Assembly (NCBI GenBank): GCA_963717115.1 | Contig: CAVQVO010000017.1 | Coordinates: 792,109-856,108 of the forward strand | Source: an uncultured Acidimicrobiales bacterium | GTDB lineage: Bacteria; Actinomycetota; Acidimicrobiia; Acidimicrobiales; SZUA-35 | DNA: 64,000 nucleotides | Direction of reading: 5' to 3' | In this document: in pieces, positions 9,259 to 17,760 of the stretch | How positions within the stretch are numbered: the stretch's first letter is position 1 | How the letters are laid out: the number at the start of each line of letters is the position of its first letter | Translations under genes and position numbers: made by a program | The notes under the pieces: model-generated | What the model saw: only the letters and a program-made list of their open reading frames with translations | What the model was told of the DNA's origin: nothing | Databases searched by the model: none

Positions 9259-9337
9259 CCGGCAACCGAGTGCGATCGACGCGGTTTCGCCCCTTCCGCC
9301 CGTGATCTTTCGCTGATGTGGTCGCTATCTTGCGGGC

Positions 9338-10531
9338 GTGGACTCCTCCTCGTTCCCCGTTCGTCCATCGGTCGCCGCCGACTTCGCACGCCTGACGCTG
9401 GGCTCGGGTCGCCGTCGGCGGTTCGAGGTCGGATCCCTCGACGACGTCGCGAGCCGGTACCGCGCGGGTATCGACTGGCTGGTCCGGGCCCAGGACGAAG
9501 CCGCTTCCGGCGGGGTCGTCGGCGGTGTGTCGTACGGCTACTCCGTCCGGGGCGGTTGGCGTCGGGCCTACCCCGAGACGACGGGCTACATCGCCCCGAC
9601 CTTGTGGGACGCCGCGGTCCGGCTGGACCGACCCGAGCTCGCCGATCGAGCGGTCGCCGCGGTCGAGTGGCTGCTCACCGTCCAGCACGACAACGGCGCC
9701 ATCCCGAATCCGACGCTGGGGCTCGACGACGGGGTCGTGTTCGACACCGGACAGGTGCTCTTCGGCTTCACCCGGGCGTCGGCCGAGACCGGCGACGAAC
9801 GGTTCGTCGAGGCCGCCCGTCGGGCACGACGCTGGTTGGTGGCGATCGCCGGTGATGACGGACGTTGGACGCGCAACACGTTCAACGGGATCCCGCATGC
9901 CTACAACGCCCGTACGGCCTGGGCCGTCGTCGAGTCGTGTCGGGCCGATCCCGACCCCGAGGCCCTCGAGATCGCCCTGGTCAACCTGCGCTGGGCCCTG
10001 TCGCTCGAGCACGACGGCTGGTTCGAGGAGGCGGCGTTCGAGGCGGGTGCGTCGGCGTTCACCCACACGATCGCCTACACGATTCGTGGTCTGCTCGAGA
10101 GCGGTCGTCTGCTCGAGGATGCCGCCATGATCGACGTCGCTCGGCGAGCGGCGGACGTCGTGGCCGCCGAGGTGGCCCCCGACGGTTTTCTGGCGGGGCG
10201 GTTCGATGCCGCCGGGGTGCCGACCGACTCGTTCTGCTGCCTGACGGGCAATGCCCAGATGGCGATCATCTGGTATCGGCTCGCGGCGGATCCCGCGGAT
10301 GCGTTCGCGGTCGTGGCCGACCGGGCGATGGCGTATGTCGCGCAGACGCAGACGTTCGGTGACACCCACGGTCAGGCGGCGAGTCGGCGAGGGGCGATCC
10401 GGGGTTCGCAGCCCATCTGGGGTGCGTACTCGCCGTTCACCTACCCGAACTGGGCGACGAAGTTCTTCGTCGATGCGCTCGCCGACCGGATGGACCTTCA
10501 CGAAACGTCAGTTCGCGCCGACAATGGATGA
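9338..10531 (+). CDS. Hypothetical protein, prenyltransferase/squalene-cyclase-like alpha/alpha-toroid repeat protein (tentative)
   Basis: 397-aa ORF with high GC3. Repeated helix-pair signatures (YPETTGYIAPTLWDAA, VQHDNGAIPNP, DTGQVLFGF, WTRNTFNGIPHAYNARTAWAV) are reminiscent of terpene-cyclase/prenyltransferase toroids. The family assignment is by eye only. Confidence 0.45.
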   Translation: MDSSSFPVRPSVAADFARLTLGSGRRRRFEVGSLDDVASRYRAGIDWLVRAQDEAASGGVVGGVSYGYSVRGGWRRAYPETTGYIAPTLWDAAVRLDRPELADRAVAAVEWLLTVQHDNGAIPNPTLGLDDGVVFDTGQVLFGFTRASAETGDERFVEAARRARRWLVAIAGDDGRWTRNTFNGIPHAYNARTAWAVVESCRADPDPEALEIALVNLRWALSLEHDGWFEEAAFEAGASAFTHTIAYTIRGLLESGRLLEDAAMIDVARRAADVVAAEVAPDGFLAGRFDAAGVPTDSFCCLTGNAQMAIIWYRLAADPADAFAVVADRAMAYVAQTQTFGDTHGQAASRRGAIRGSQPIWGAYSPFTYPNWATKFFVDALADRMDLHETSVRADNG

Positions 10532-11333
10532 TGTGACGCTTCATTCGAGCGACGACGCCCTCCGTGCCTGCCGGCACCGATCCTCGCACGACGACGCACG
10601 CCCGAGAGAGACCTTGCTGGGCGTGGCGATCGACCGCGTCGACTTCGATCAGGCGACCGATCGGATCATGCAGCGCGTCCGCCGCCGGCAGGGAGGGTGG
10701 GTCTGCACGATCAACGTCGCCATCCTGATGTCGCTGCACCAGACGGCCGCCCTGCGCCGATATGTCGACGACGCGGCGATCGTGGTGGCCGACGGTGCAC
10801 CGTTGGTGTGGCTGTCGAGACTGCATCGCCGTCCACTCCCCGAGCGGGTGGCGGGGATCGACCTCGTCGAGTCCCTCCTCGGTTGCTGCGAGGTCGAGCA
10901 GCGATCCGTGTACTTCCTCGGAGGGACCGACGCGATGATGGACACCTTCGTGGCGTGGTGCGCTCGTCGATACCCCGACCTGGTGATCGCCGGCCATGCC
11001 AACGGCTACTTCGACGAGATCGAGGCCGAGCAGCGAGCCACCGACATCGTGGAATCCGGGGCCGATCTCCTCCTGGTCGGGATGGGTGTGCCTCGTCAGG
11101 AGCACTTCGTCCTCGAGCATTCCGGATCGCTCGACGGCGTCGTCGCCATCGGCGTCGGCGGGAGCTTCGACGTGCTGAGCGGGGCGCGACGTCGGGCCCC
11201 GCGCTGGATGCAGTCGGTCGGCCTCGAGTGGTTCTTCCGTCTCCTGCAAGAACCGCGCCGGCTCTGGCGTCGCTACCTCGTGACGAACTGTCGGTTCGTC
11301 GTCCTCGCCGCCCGCGATCTCCTCCGTCGCTGA
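10524..11333 (+). CDS. WecB/TagA/CpsF family glycosyltransferase
   Basis: Motif ...VCTINVAILM...VVADGAPLVWLSR...ERVAGIDLVE...YFLGG...LLLVGMGVPRQEHF...GVGGSFDVLSG...RAPRWMQSVGLEWFFRLLQEPRRLWRRY. The ATG at 10524 overlaps the preceding stop (10529-10531). Confidence 0.8.
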   Translation: MDDVTLHSSDDALRACRHRSSHDDARPRETLLGVAIDRVDFDQATDRIMQRVRRRQGGWVCTINVAILMSLHQTAALRRYVDDAAIVVADGAPLVWLSRLHRRPLPERVAGIDLVESLLGCCEVEQRSVYFLGGTDAMMDTFVAWCARRYPDLVIAGHANGYFDEIEAEQRATDIVESGADLLLVGMGVPRQEHFVLEHSGSLDGVVAIGVGGSFDVLSGARRRAPRWMQSVGLEWFFRLLQEPRRLWRRYLVTNCRFVVLAARDLLRR

Positions 11334-11410
11334 CCGGACGGGACGGACGGGTTCACGCAGACCCGGCGTCGCGCCGCGGACCGGTCCTCACGGCGCAGTA
11401 GGGTGCGACG

Positions 11411-12127
11411 GTGACGCCGCCCGATCCCAGCCTGCCCGTCGGATCGACCTCGGCGGGGTCGATGTCGGACAGCGTCCGACCGGCGTCGTACCCGCAGCCG
11501 ACGCCGCAGCACGCCGAGTTCCTCCAGGGGGCCCGGGCTTTCGGGCTGGTCGCCCGGTCGGTGGCCCGGCTCGAGCTGCCCGACACGCTCGGCCTGGTCT
11601 CGAATCGGCCGATGCTGTTCGCCGGCAATCATCGGAGCCTGTTCGACATGGTCGCCACCCTGGCGATCTTCGACAAGTTCGGGCTGTCGTGCCGGATCAT
11701 GTTGCGTGGTGACCTGATGGAGAAGGGGCCGGGTGCGGCGTTCCTCCATCGAATCGGCTGTATCCCGACCTCGAAGCACCATCGCGAGGAGGCCGAGGCC
11801 ACGGCGATCGAGGCCCTGCTCCGGGGTGAGCTCGTGGCGATGATGCCCGAGGGACGCCTCATTCCGCCCGCTCAGTGGGTCGATGGGGTCGGTCCGCCGA
11901 GGCCGGGGGTCAGTCGGATCGCCCAGGAGACGGGTGCCGTCATCGTTCCGGTGGCCTTCTCGGGCACCGAGGTCCTGTGGCCGAGGGGTGGGATGCCGCG
12001 ACCGCGAATTCCACGGCCCGTGGTTCGGCTCCGGGTCGGGTCGCCGTTCGAGTTGGACGGTGACGATCATCCGGCCAACGCGGCGCGGGTGATGGCGGCG
12101 ATCTCGTCGCTCCTGCCGCAACCCTGA
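11411..12127 (+). CDS. 1-acyl-sn-glycerol-3-phosphate acyltransferase family (PlsC-like)
   Basis: NHRSLFD (HX4D block) and MPEGRL block. GTG start at 11411. Confidence 0.7.
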   Translation: MTPPDPSLPVGSTSAGSMSDSVRPASYPQPTPQHAEFLQGARAFGLVARSVARLELPDTLGLVSNRPMLFAGNHRSLFDMVATLAIFDKFGLSCRIMLRGDLMEKGPGAAFLHRIGCIPTSKHHREEAEATAIEALLRGELVAMMPEGRLIPPAQWVDGVGPPRPGVSRIAQETGAVIVPVAFSGTEVLWPRGGMPRPRIPRPVVRLRVGSPFELDGDDHPANAARVMAAISSLLPQP

Positions 12128-12193
12128 ACCACGGCGACAGCTCCGAACCACACCGTCCGGGGGCTCACGGCCGCAGAGCCGCGGCCGATCATG

Positions 12194-12262
12194 GTTACCA
12201 ATGGGTAACGCGACTTGTCATCTCCTGACGTCTCGCTCTATCCTATGTTACTCATCGGTAAC
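12194..12262 (+). promoter_or_regulatory. Candidate promoter flanked by two 16-bp operator-like palindromes (GTTAC-N6-GTAAC)
   Basis: IR1 is GTTACCAATGGGTAAC at 12194-12209. IR2 is GTTACTCATCGGTAAC at 12247-12262, with centres 53 bp apart. Between them lie TTGTCA (12215-12220) and TATCCT (12239-12244), 18 bp apart. The stretch is locally AT-rich. AGGAGG at 12285-12290 precedes the ATG at 12296. Confidence 0.5.
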
Positions 12263-12295
12263 TTAACCTCGTTCGTCCGTCCTCAGGAGGCCCCC

Positions 12296-13510
12296 ATGGC
12301 CGAGTTCTCACTCGCACTCAACGAAGACCAGGTTCAGCTCCAGAAGTGGATCCACGGCTTCGCCGAGGACGTCATGCGGCCCCAGGCCGAGGAGTGGGAC
12401 GAGCGCGAGGAGTTTCCCTGGTCGTTCGTCGAGGAGGCCGCATCGATCGGGCTCTACGGCTGGGAGTTCATGGCCGAGATGATGATGAACGACCCCAGCG
12501 GTCAGTCGATGATGGTGGCGCTCGAGGAGCTCTTCTGGGGCGACGCGGGGCTCGGGATGGCCATCATGGGATCGGGACTCGCAGCGGCCGGCATCGCGGC
12601 AAGCGGCACCAGCGAACAGGTGATGGAATGGGTGCCGCAGTGCTACGGCACGGCCGACGACGTGAAGGTCGGTGCGTTCTGTGCCTCCGAGCCCGACGCC
12701 GGTTCCGATGTCAACGCGTACCGGCTGCGGGCCAAGTACGAGGAGGGCACCGACGAGTGGGTCCTCAACGGCACCAAGGCCTGGATCACCAATGGCGGCA
12801 TCGCCAACATCCACGTGGTGGTCGCCGTGGTCGATCCCGCGCTCGGATCGAAGGGCCACGCCAGCTTCATCATCCCGCCGGACACCCCCGGTCTGTCGAT
12901 GGGGCAGAAGTACAAGAAGCACGGGATCCGGGCGTCGCACACCGCCGAGGTCGTGCTCGACGACTGCCGGATCCCCGGGCGCTGTCTGCTCGGCGGCAAG
13001 GACAAGCTCGACGAGCGCCTCGCCCGGGTTCGCGAGGGTCAGCCCGGCAACTCGCAGGCCGCGATGCAGACGTTCGAGGCCACCCGGCCCGCCGTCGGTG
13101 CCCAGGCCCTCGGCATCGCCCGGGCCGCCTTCGAGTACTCCCTGCAGTACGCCAAGGAACGGCAGGCGTTCGGTCGGCCGATCATCATGAACCAGTCGAT
13201 CGCCTTCATGCTGGCCGACATGGCCACCGAGATCGACGCTGCCCGTCTGCTGGTTCGCCGGGCCGCCTGGCTCGGCAAGCAGAAGCAGTTCAAGTACGCC
13301 GAGGGTTCGATGGCCAAGCTGAAGGCCGGTCGGGTTGCCGTGCACACCACCGAGCGGGCCATCCAGATCCTCGGGGGCTACGGCTACACCCGTGAGTACC
13401 CCGTCGAGCGCTGGCACCGTGACGCCAAGATCTTCGACATCTTCGAAGGCACCGAGCAGATCCAGCAGCTGGTGATCAGCCGTGCCATCTCGGGCCTGCG
13501 CATCGAGTAG
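12296..13510 (+). CDS. Acyl-CoA dehydrogenase
   Basis: 404 aa from the ATG preceded by AGGAGG. Typical ACAD blocks are present: ...FCASEPDAGSDV..., ...WITNGG..., ...GGYGYTREYPVERWHRDAKIFDIFEGTEQIQ. Confidence 0.9.
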   Translation: MAEFSLALNEDQVQLQKWIHGFAEDVMRPQAEEWDEREEFPWSFVEEAASIGLYGWEFMAEMMMNDPSGQSMMVALEELFWGDAGLGMAIMGSGLAAAGIAASGTSEQVMEWVPQCYGTADDVKVGAFCASEPDAGSDVNAYRLRAKYEEGTDEWVLNGTKAWITNGGIANIHVVVAVVDPALGSKGHASFIIPPDTPGLSMGQKYKKHGIRASHTAEVVLDDCRIPGRCLLGGKDKLDERLARVREGQPGNSQAAMQTFEATRPAVGAQALGIARAAFEYSLQYAKERQAFGRPIIMNQSIAFMLADMATEIDAARLLVRRAAWLGKQKQFKYAEGSMAKLKAGRVAVHTTERAIQILGGYGYTREYPVERWHRDAKIFDIFEGTEQIQQLVISRAISGLRIE

Positions 13511-13724
13511 TTCTCCCTGGGCCGCGGAAGTCGGTGAGGAAGTTGTTCATCCGGGCAGACGGGATCTGGGGGAGTCGACCGGGGGTATCCGTCAGGTGCA
13601 GCAGACGGTCCGCCAAGTCCCGATCGGTGAAACCGGTGCTCGTCTCTTGCTGGCGTCGCCGCCAGTCGTTGAGCCAGTACCACTGCCCGGAGGTTGCCGA
13701 CGGATCGACCGAGTTGCACACCAC
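13476..13724 (-). CDS. Hypothetical small protein (82 aa), function unknown
   Basis: GTG-initiated ORF with coding-like GC3 over its first ~65 codons (...SGQWYWLNDWRRRQQETSTGFTDRDLADRLLHLTD...). It lies in frame directly behind the response-regulator stop codon. Its 3' end overlaps the ACAD gene tail. Confidence 0.3.
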   Translation of the reverse strand: MVCNSVDPSATSGQWYWLNDWRRRQQETSTGFTDRDLADRLLHLTDTPGRLPQIPSARMNNFLTDFRGPGRTTRCAGPRWHG

Positions 13725-13784
13725 CTCCAGATCCGATGGCTCGGCTCCGTTTTTCGGGTGCGCCGCGCCCGTCGCTCGGTGAGG

Positions 13785-14438
13785 TCACGACTGCGCGTCG
13801 TGCACGAGGATTGCGATGTGCACCCGGTTCGTCACTTCGAGTTTGGTGAGAAGCCGCGAGACGTGCGCCTTGACGGTGGCCTCGCTCATGAACAGCGACG
13901 CAGCAATCTCGGCGTTGGAAGCGCCGGACCCCACCGCAGTGGCGACCTCGCGCTCGCGGTCGGTGAGCGACGTCAGGCGCTGGGCAGCGATGCGACGGCG
14001 ATCGGTCATCTCGTCGTTGCCGAGGTGGGAGAGAAGGGTGCGGGTGACCGACGGTGAGAGCATCGCCTCTCCCGCAGCAACGAGGCGAACGGCGTTGACG
14101 ATCTCCGTGGGCGCAGTGTCCTTCAACAGGAACCCGTCGGCGCCGGCCCGCAGCGCGCTCATGACCTGCTCGTCGGCCTGGAACGTGGTCAGGACGATCA
14201 CGTGTGGCGGCGTTGCGAGTCGGCGCAGGGCTGACGTGGCGGCGATGCCGTCCATCCCGGGCATCCGGATGTCCATCAGGACGACATCGGGTCGATGCGC
14301 GCGCACGGCCGCAATGGCGTCGGCTCCGTCGGCAGCCTCGCCCACCACCTCCAGCTCCTCCGACGACGACAGGATCATCCGGAGACCGGCACGCACCAAC
14401 GCGTCGTCGTCGACCAGAAGCACCCGAACGTTCACCAC
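13785..14438 (-). CDS. Two-component response regulator, NarL/LuxR family
   Basis: Receiver domain (VLLVDDDALVR...PDVVLMDIRMPGMDG) plus C-terminal LuxR HTH (LTDREREVATAVGSGASNAEIAASLFMSEATVKAHVSRLLTKL). Confidence 0.9.
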   Translation of the reverse strand: MVNVRVLLVDDDALVRAGLRMILSSSEELEVVGEAADGADAIAAVRAHRPDVVLMDIRMPGMDGIAATSALRRLATPPHVIVLTTFQADEQVMSALRAGADGFLLKDTAPTEIVNAVRLVAAGEAMLSPSVTRTLLSHLGNDEMTDRRRIAAQRLTSLTDREREVATAVGSGASNAEIAASLFMSEATVKAHVSRLLTKLEVTNRVHIAILVHDAQS

Positions 14439-15661
14439 GGAAGCTCGGCCTCGACGACGAAGTCACCCGAAGCGTCCAGTCCGTGCATCAGGACGCCATT
14501 GGCCAGGGTCACCCGCTCCTGCAAACCGAGGAGGCCGGTGCCCGAACCCGGCACAGCCGGACGGTCGGCGGCGCCCACGACGGGTCGGTTCCGAACGCTG
14601 ACGTGCAGGCCGCGGTCGGGAGCCCCCGCCACCCGAACCTGGGCGAGGGCGCCGCGAGCGTGCTTGCCGATGTTGGTCAGCGCTTCCTGCACGATGCGGT
14701 AGGCGTCACGGCCCAACGGGCCGGGTGCGGCCTCTGCTCCGTCCACCTGCATCTCGAATTCGATCGTTGCGCCGGAACGGCGAGTCTCCTCCACCAAGCG
14801 GGGAATGTCGGCCAACGTCGGTTGAGGCACCGTCGACGACCGCTCCTGCCCGGGCTCCTCCCGCAGCACGCCGATCACGTCCCGCAGTTCTTCCAGCGCC
14901 TGGTGAGCCGTCGACCGCAACAGCGCAGCGCTCTCGCGCACCTGGGCGGGAGGCAGGTCGAGTGCGACCTCGAGCGCCCCGGCGTGCAACGCCACCAGGG
15001 AGATGCGGTGGGCCAGCACGTCGTGCATCTCCCGTGCGATTCGGGTCCGCTCGGCCAGGCGCGCCCGTTCGGCCCGGACGAGCTGATCGGCCTCGGCCCG
15101 TTCGGCACGGTCGCGAAGGGTCGAGAGGAGCTGACGTCGGGCCCGGACGAACATGCCCCATGCGGTTGCGGCGGCAGCCAGTGCCAGCGTCGGCAGCAGC
15201 ACCGACCAGGTATCGGTACGCCCGAGCCAGATCGAGCACACCACCGCCGCCGGAACGGACAGCGCGCCGACGAGCAGGGCGGGGCGGACAGGGCGGTGGA
15301 CAGCCAGCGAGGACAGTGCGAACAGGCCGGCCACGGTGCCGAACGTCGAAAACGCCCCCAGCAGGATGCAGACCAACGCCACCCCGAACGGCCAGCGCCG
15401 CCGCCACCACAGTGAGAGGCAGCAAAGCGCTCCGAACGCGGCGTCGGTGGCCACCTGCCCCGACGTCATCGGAGTGGCGGTGACGTCCCCGGTGGCGCTC
15501 AGGACGAGGGCGCCGAGCGCGGTGGCGATGACGAAGGCGGCGGCGTCGAAGGACCAGTCGCGCCCGGTCCGGGGCCCCACGGTGTCGGGCGGAGTCGAGT
15601 CGCTCGGTGCCAGCATCGCCGTGGGGGCGGTCTGGGCCCACCATCTGCGAAGCCAGGACAT
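14432..15661 (-). CDS. Sensor histidine kinase (HisKA_3/DesK-LiaS type)
   Basis: Multi-TM N-terminus, H-box ...RIAREMHDVLAHRISL..., and an HATPase tail. It overlaps the RR start by 7 nt. The start is ATG 15661 (MSWLRRWW), with ATG 15697 as an alternative. The longer ORF to 15784 reads through the 22-bp repeat array. Confidence 0.85.
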   Translation of the reverse strand: MSWLRRWWAQTAPTAMLAPSDSTPPDTVGPRTGRDWSFDAAAFVIATALGALVLSATGDVTATPMTSGQVATDAAFGALCCLSLWWRRRWPFGVALVCILLGAFSTFGTVAGLFALSSLAVHRPVRPALLVGALSVPAAVVCSIWLGRTDTWSVLLPTLALAAAATAWGMFVRARRQLLSTLRDRAERAEADQLVRAERARLAERTRIAREMHDVLAHRISLVALHAGALEVALDLPPAQVRESAALLRSTAHQALEELRDVIGVLREEPGQERSSTVPQPTLADIPRLVEETRRSGATIEFEMQVDGAEAAPGPLGRDAYRIVQEALTNIGKHARGALAQVRVAGAPDRGLHVSVRNRPVVGAADRPAVPGSGTGLLGLQERVTLANGVLMHGLDASGDFVVEAELPW

Positions 15662-15694
15662 CACCAGAGCGTACGGCTCAGGGACCCCGTGCAA

Positions 15695-15800
15695 CATCGA
15701 CGAACGTCGACATCGCATCCGTCGAACGTCGACATCGCATCCGACGAACGTCGACATCGCATCCGTCGAACGTCGACATCGCATCCGACGAACGTCGAGG
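15695..15800. repeat. Intergenic tandem array, 22-bp unit x about 4.3 (alternating variants, i.e. a 44-bp super-unit)
   Basis: Full units run 15705-15726, 15727-15748, 15749-15770 and 15771-15792, as CGTCGACATCGCATCC(G/A)(T/C)CGAA alternating GTCGAA/GACGAA. Partial units flank the array on both sides. Each unit junction forms a short palindrome (GTCGA-ACG-TCGAC or CGACG-AA-CGTCG). Confidence 0.9.
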
Positions 15801-15887
15801 AATCAGCGGCGGCCGGCGTCCGTTCGGACGCCGAATCGTGGCCGTCCGCCCGATGCGGCGGCGCACCGGCCGGTTCAGGCTGGACAC

Positions 15888-16805
15888 ATGATCACGACGA
15901 CCGCTCTGACCAAGAGCTACCAACGAACGCCGGTCGTGCGCGACGTCTCGTTGCGCTGCGAACCCGGGACCATCACCGGTTTCCTCGGGGCCAATGGCGC
16001 CGGCAAATCCACCACGCTGAAGATGATGGTCGGGCTGGTGCGACCCGATCGAGGTACCGCGACCATCGACGGCCGACCGTTCGTCGAGCTGCCCAACCCG
16101 ACCCGGGTGGTCGGAACGCTGCTCGACGCGTCGGCGCTGCATCCCGGGCGCAGCGGCCGGTCGACGCTCACCATCGCGGCGCGCATGGCCGGCGTTCACC
16201 CGAGGCGGGTGGAGCACCTCCTTGACCTCGTCGGGGTCGCCGATGCGGCGGACAAGCGAGTCGGGACCTACTCCCTCGGGATGCGTCAACGCCTCGGCAT
16301 CGCCCAGGCCCTCATCGGTGAACCGGCGGCGCTGATCCTCGATGAACCGGCGAACGGGCTCGATCCCGAGGGCATCGCCTGGATGCGAAGGCTCCTGCGC
16401 GACTTCGCCGACCACGGCGGCACGGTGCTGTTGTCGAGTCACCTGCTCCACGAGGTGCAGGCCACCGCCGATCATCTCGTCGTCATCTCCGACGGTGCCG
16501 TGGTGGCCGCCGGTCGGCTGGACGATCTGCTCGCCAGCTCGACGATCCTCGTCCGCAGCCCCGACCCCGGTGGACTGGCTGCGGCGCTCCAAGCGGCGCG
16601 GATCGAGTACGTCGCCGGGCCGGGAGATGCGCTCACCGTGGACGTCTCCGGAGGTCGGGTCACCGCCGAGGTGCTGGCGGGCGTCGCCCGCGACCACCAG
16701 GTGCTGCTCACCGAGCTGCGCCAGTCCGAGACCAACGGCCTGGAACAGCTGTTCTTCTCTCTCACCGCCGCCAAGGCGGTTCCGCCCCAGGAGGCTGCAG
16801 CATGA
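15888..16805 (+). CDS. ABC transporter ATP-binding protein (ABC-2 exporter type)
   Basis: Walker A GANGAGKST, signature YSLGMRQRL, Walker B LILDEP. I chose the ATG at 15888 (MITTTALTKSY). The upstream part of ORF 15153..16805 is antisense to the kinase gene. Confidence 0.9.
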   Translation: MITTTALTKSYQRTPVVRDVSLRCEPGTITGFLGANGAGKSTTLKMMVGLVRPDRGTATIDGRPFVELPNPTRVVGTLLDASALHPGRSGRSTLTIAARMAGVHPRRVEHLLDLVGVADAADKRVGTYSLGMRQRLGIAQALIGEPAALILDEPANGLDPEGIAWMRRLLRDFADHGGTVLLSSHLLHEVQATADHLVVISDGAVVAAGRLDDLLASSTILVRSPDPGGLAAALQAARIEYVAGPGDALTVDVSGGRVTAEVLAGVARDHQVLLTELRQSETNGLEQLFFSLTAAKAVPPQEAAA

Positions 16806-17581
16806 CCACGTCACTCTCCCGTCGGACCCTCGGCATCGACGCAGCCCCGTCGACCCCGGGGCCGATCCCGTTCGCCCGGCTCGTCCGGGTCGAGTGGTCC
16901 AAGGCCACCGACACCCGAGCCGCCCGCTGGCTCCTGGCGCTCGTTGCCCTGTCGACTGCGGCGATGATGCTGGTGCCGGTCCTCGCCCCAACCACCTTCG
17001 ATCAGACCCACGCGAGCTACCTCCGCGTCGGCGCTCTCGGCCTGACGATCCTCCTGCCTGTGGTGGCGATCCTGCTGTTCACGGGCGAATGGACCCAGCG
17101 CAGCATCATGACCACCTTCACCCAGGAACCGCGACGGATCCGAGTCGTCAACGCCAAGCTGGTGGTGTCACTCGTGCTGGGTGGTGGCGGCGCAGTCTTC
17201 GGCGGAGTGGTCGCCGCCGCCGGCCTCGGGCTGGCTGCGGCCTCGGGCCGCGGCCTGGAGGCAGACCTGAGCGCCGGCGCCATCACCGCCTCTCTGCTCT
17301 ACGTGCTCCTCAATGTCCTGGCCGCCGTCGCGCTCGGGGCGCTGCTCCAGAACTCCGCCGCGGCCATCGCCGCATCGTTCGCGCTCCCCGCCGGCTTTGC
17401 ACTGCTCGGTACCGCATCGACGCTGGTGTCGGAGTGGATCGACATGTCCACACCCTGGAACTGGGTGCTCCAGAACGACTGGGGAGGTCACGTGCCGCAG
17501 ATCGCGGTCTCGATCGTCTTCTGGGTGGCGGTCCCGCTCGCCGCCGGCGTCGTCCGGACGATGCGTCGCGACGTCGGCTAG
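16802..17581 (+). CDS. ABC-2 type transporter permease
   Basis: 259-aa polytopic hydrophobic protein. The ATGA overlap with the ATPase gene indicates one operon. Confidence 0.75.
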   Translation: MTTSLSRRTLGIDAAPSTPGPIPFARLVRVEWSKATDTRAARWLLALVALSTAAMMLVPVLAPTTFDQTHASYLRVGALGLTILLPVVAILLFTGEWTQRSIMTTFTQEPRRIRVVNAKLVVSLVLGGGGAVFGGVVAAAGLGLAAASGRGLEADLSAGAITASLLYVLLNVLAAVALGALLQNSAAAIAASFALPAGFALLGTASTLVSEWIDMSTPWNWVLQNDWGGHVPQIAVSIVFWVAVPLAAGVVRTMRRDVG

Positions 17582-17760
17582 TCGGGAGGGTTGCTCGACA
17601 CGCGCCGGTTGGCGATGGAGCTCGTTCGCGTCGCCGAACGCGTACTCGACGACTGGATCGAGCATCGACGAGATGATGCCGCAGCGAGTGTCGACGCGCC
17701 GTCCATCCACGCCACAACCCCGTCTTTCCGGTTGCCCCACGTCGTTGCTAGCGTCGTTTC

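Noticed and set aside
5122-9305. Several ORFs over 500 aa antisense or out of frame to the PEP-utilising, MscS and PhyH genes (5122..6843 -, 5217..7136 +, 7267..9027 -, 7497..9305 +)
   Set aside because: Their composition is Arg/Gly/Pro-rich with no motifs. Each overlaps a gene with clear family signatures in another frame.
13785-13790. Stop-codon readthrough or selenocysteine at the response-regulator TGA, linking it to the in-frame downstream ORF
   Set aside because: The RR already ends after a complete LuxR HTH domain. I see no SECIS-like hairpin immediately downstream, and the downstream peptide has no recognisable domain. Coincidental phase is a 1-in-3 chance.
15695-15800. The 22-bp array, and the 34-bp array at 44924-45083, as possible CRISPR arrays
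   Set aside because: The units are directly contiguous with no unique spacers. The unit lengths and copy numbers fit tandem minisatellites, and no cas genes are present in the window.
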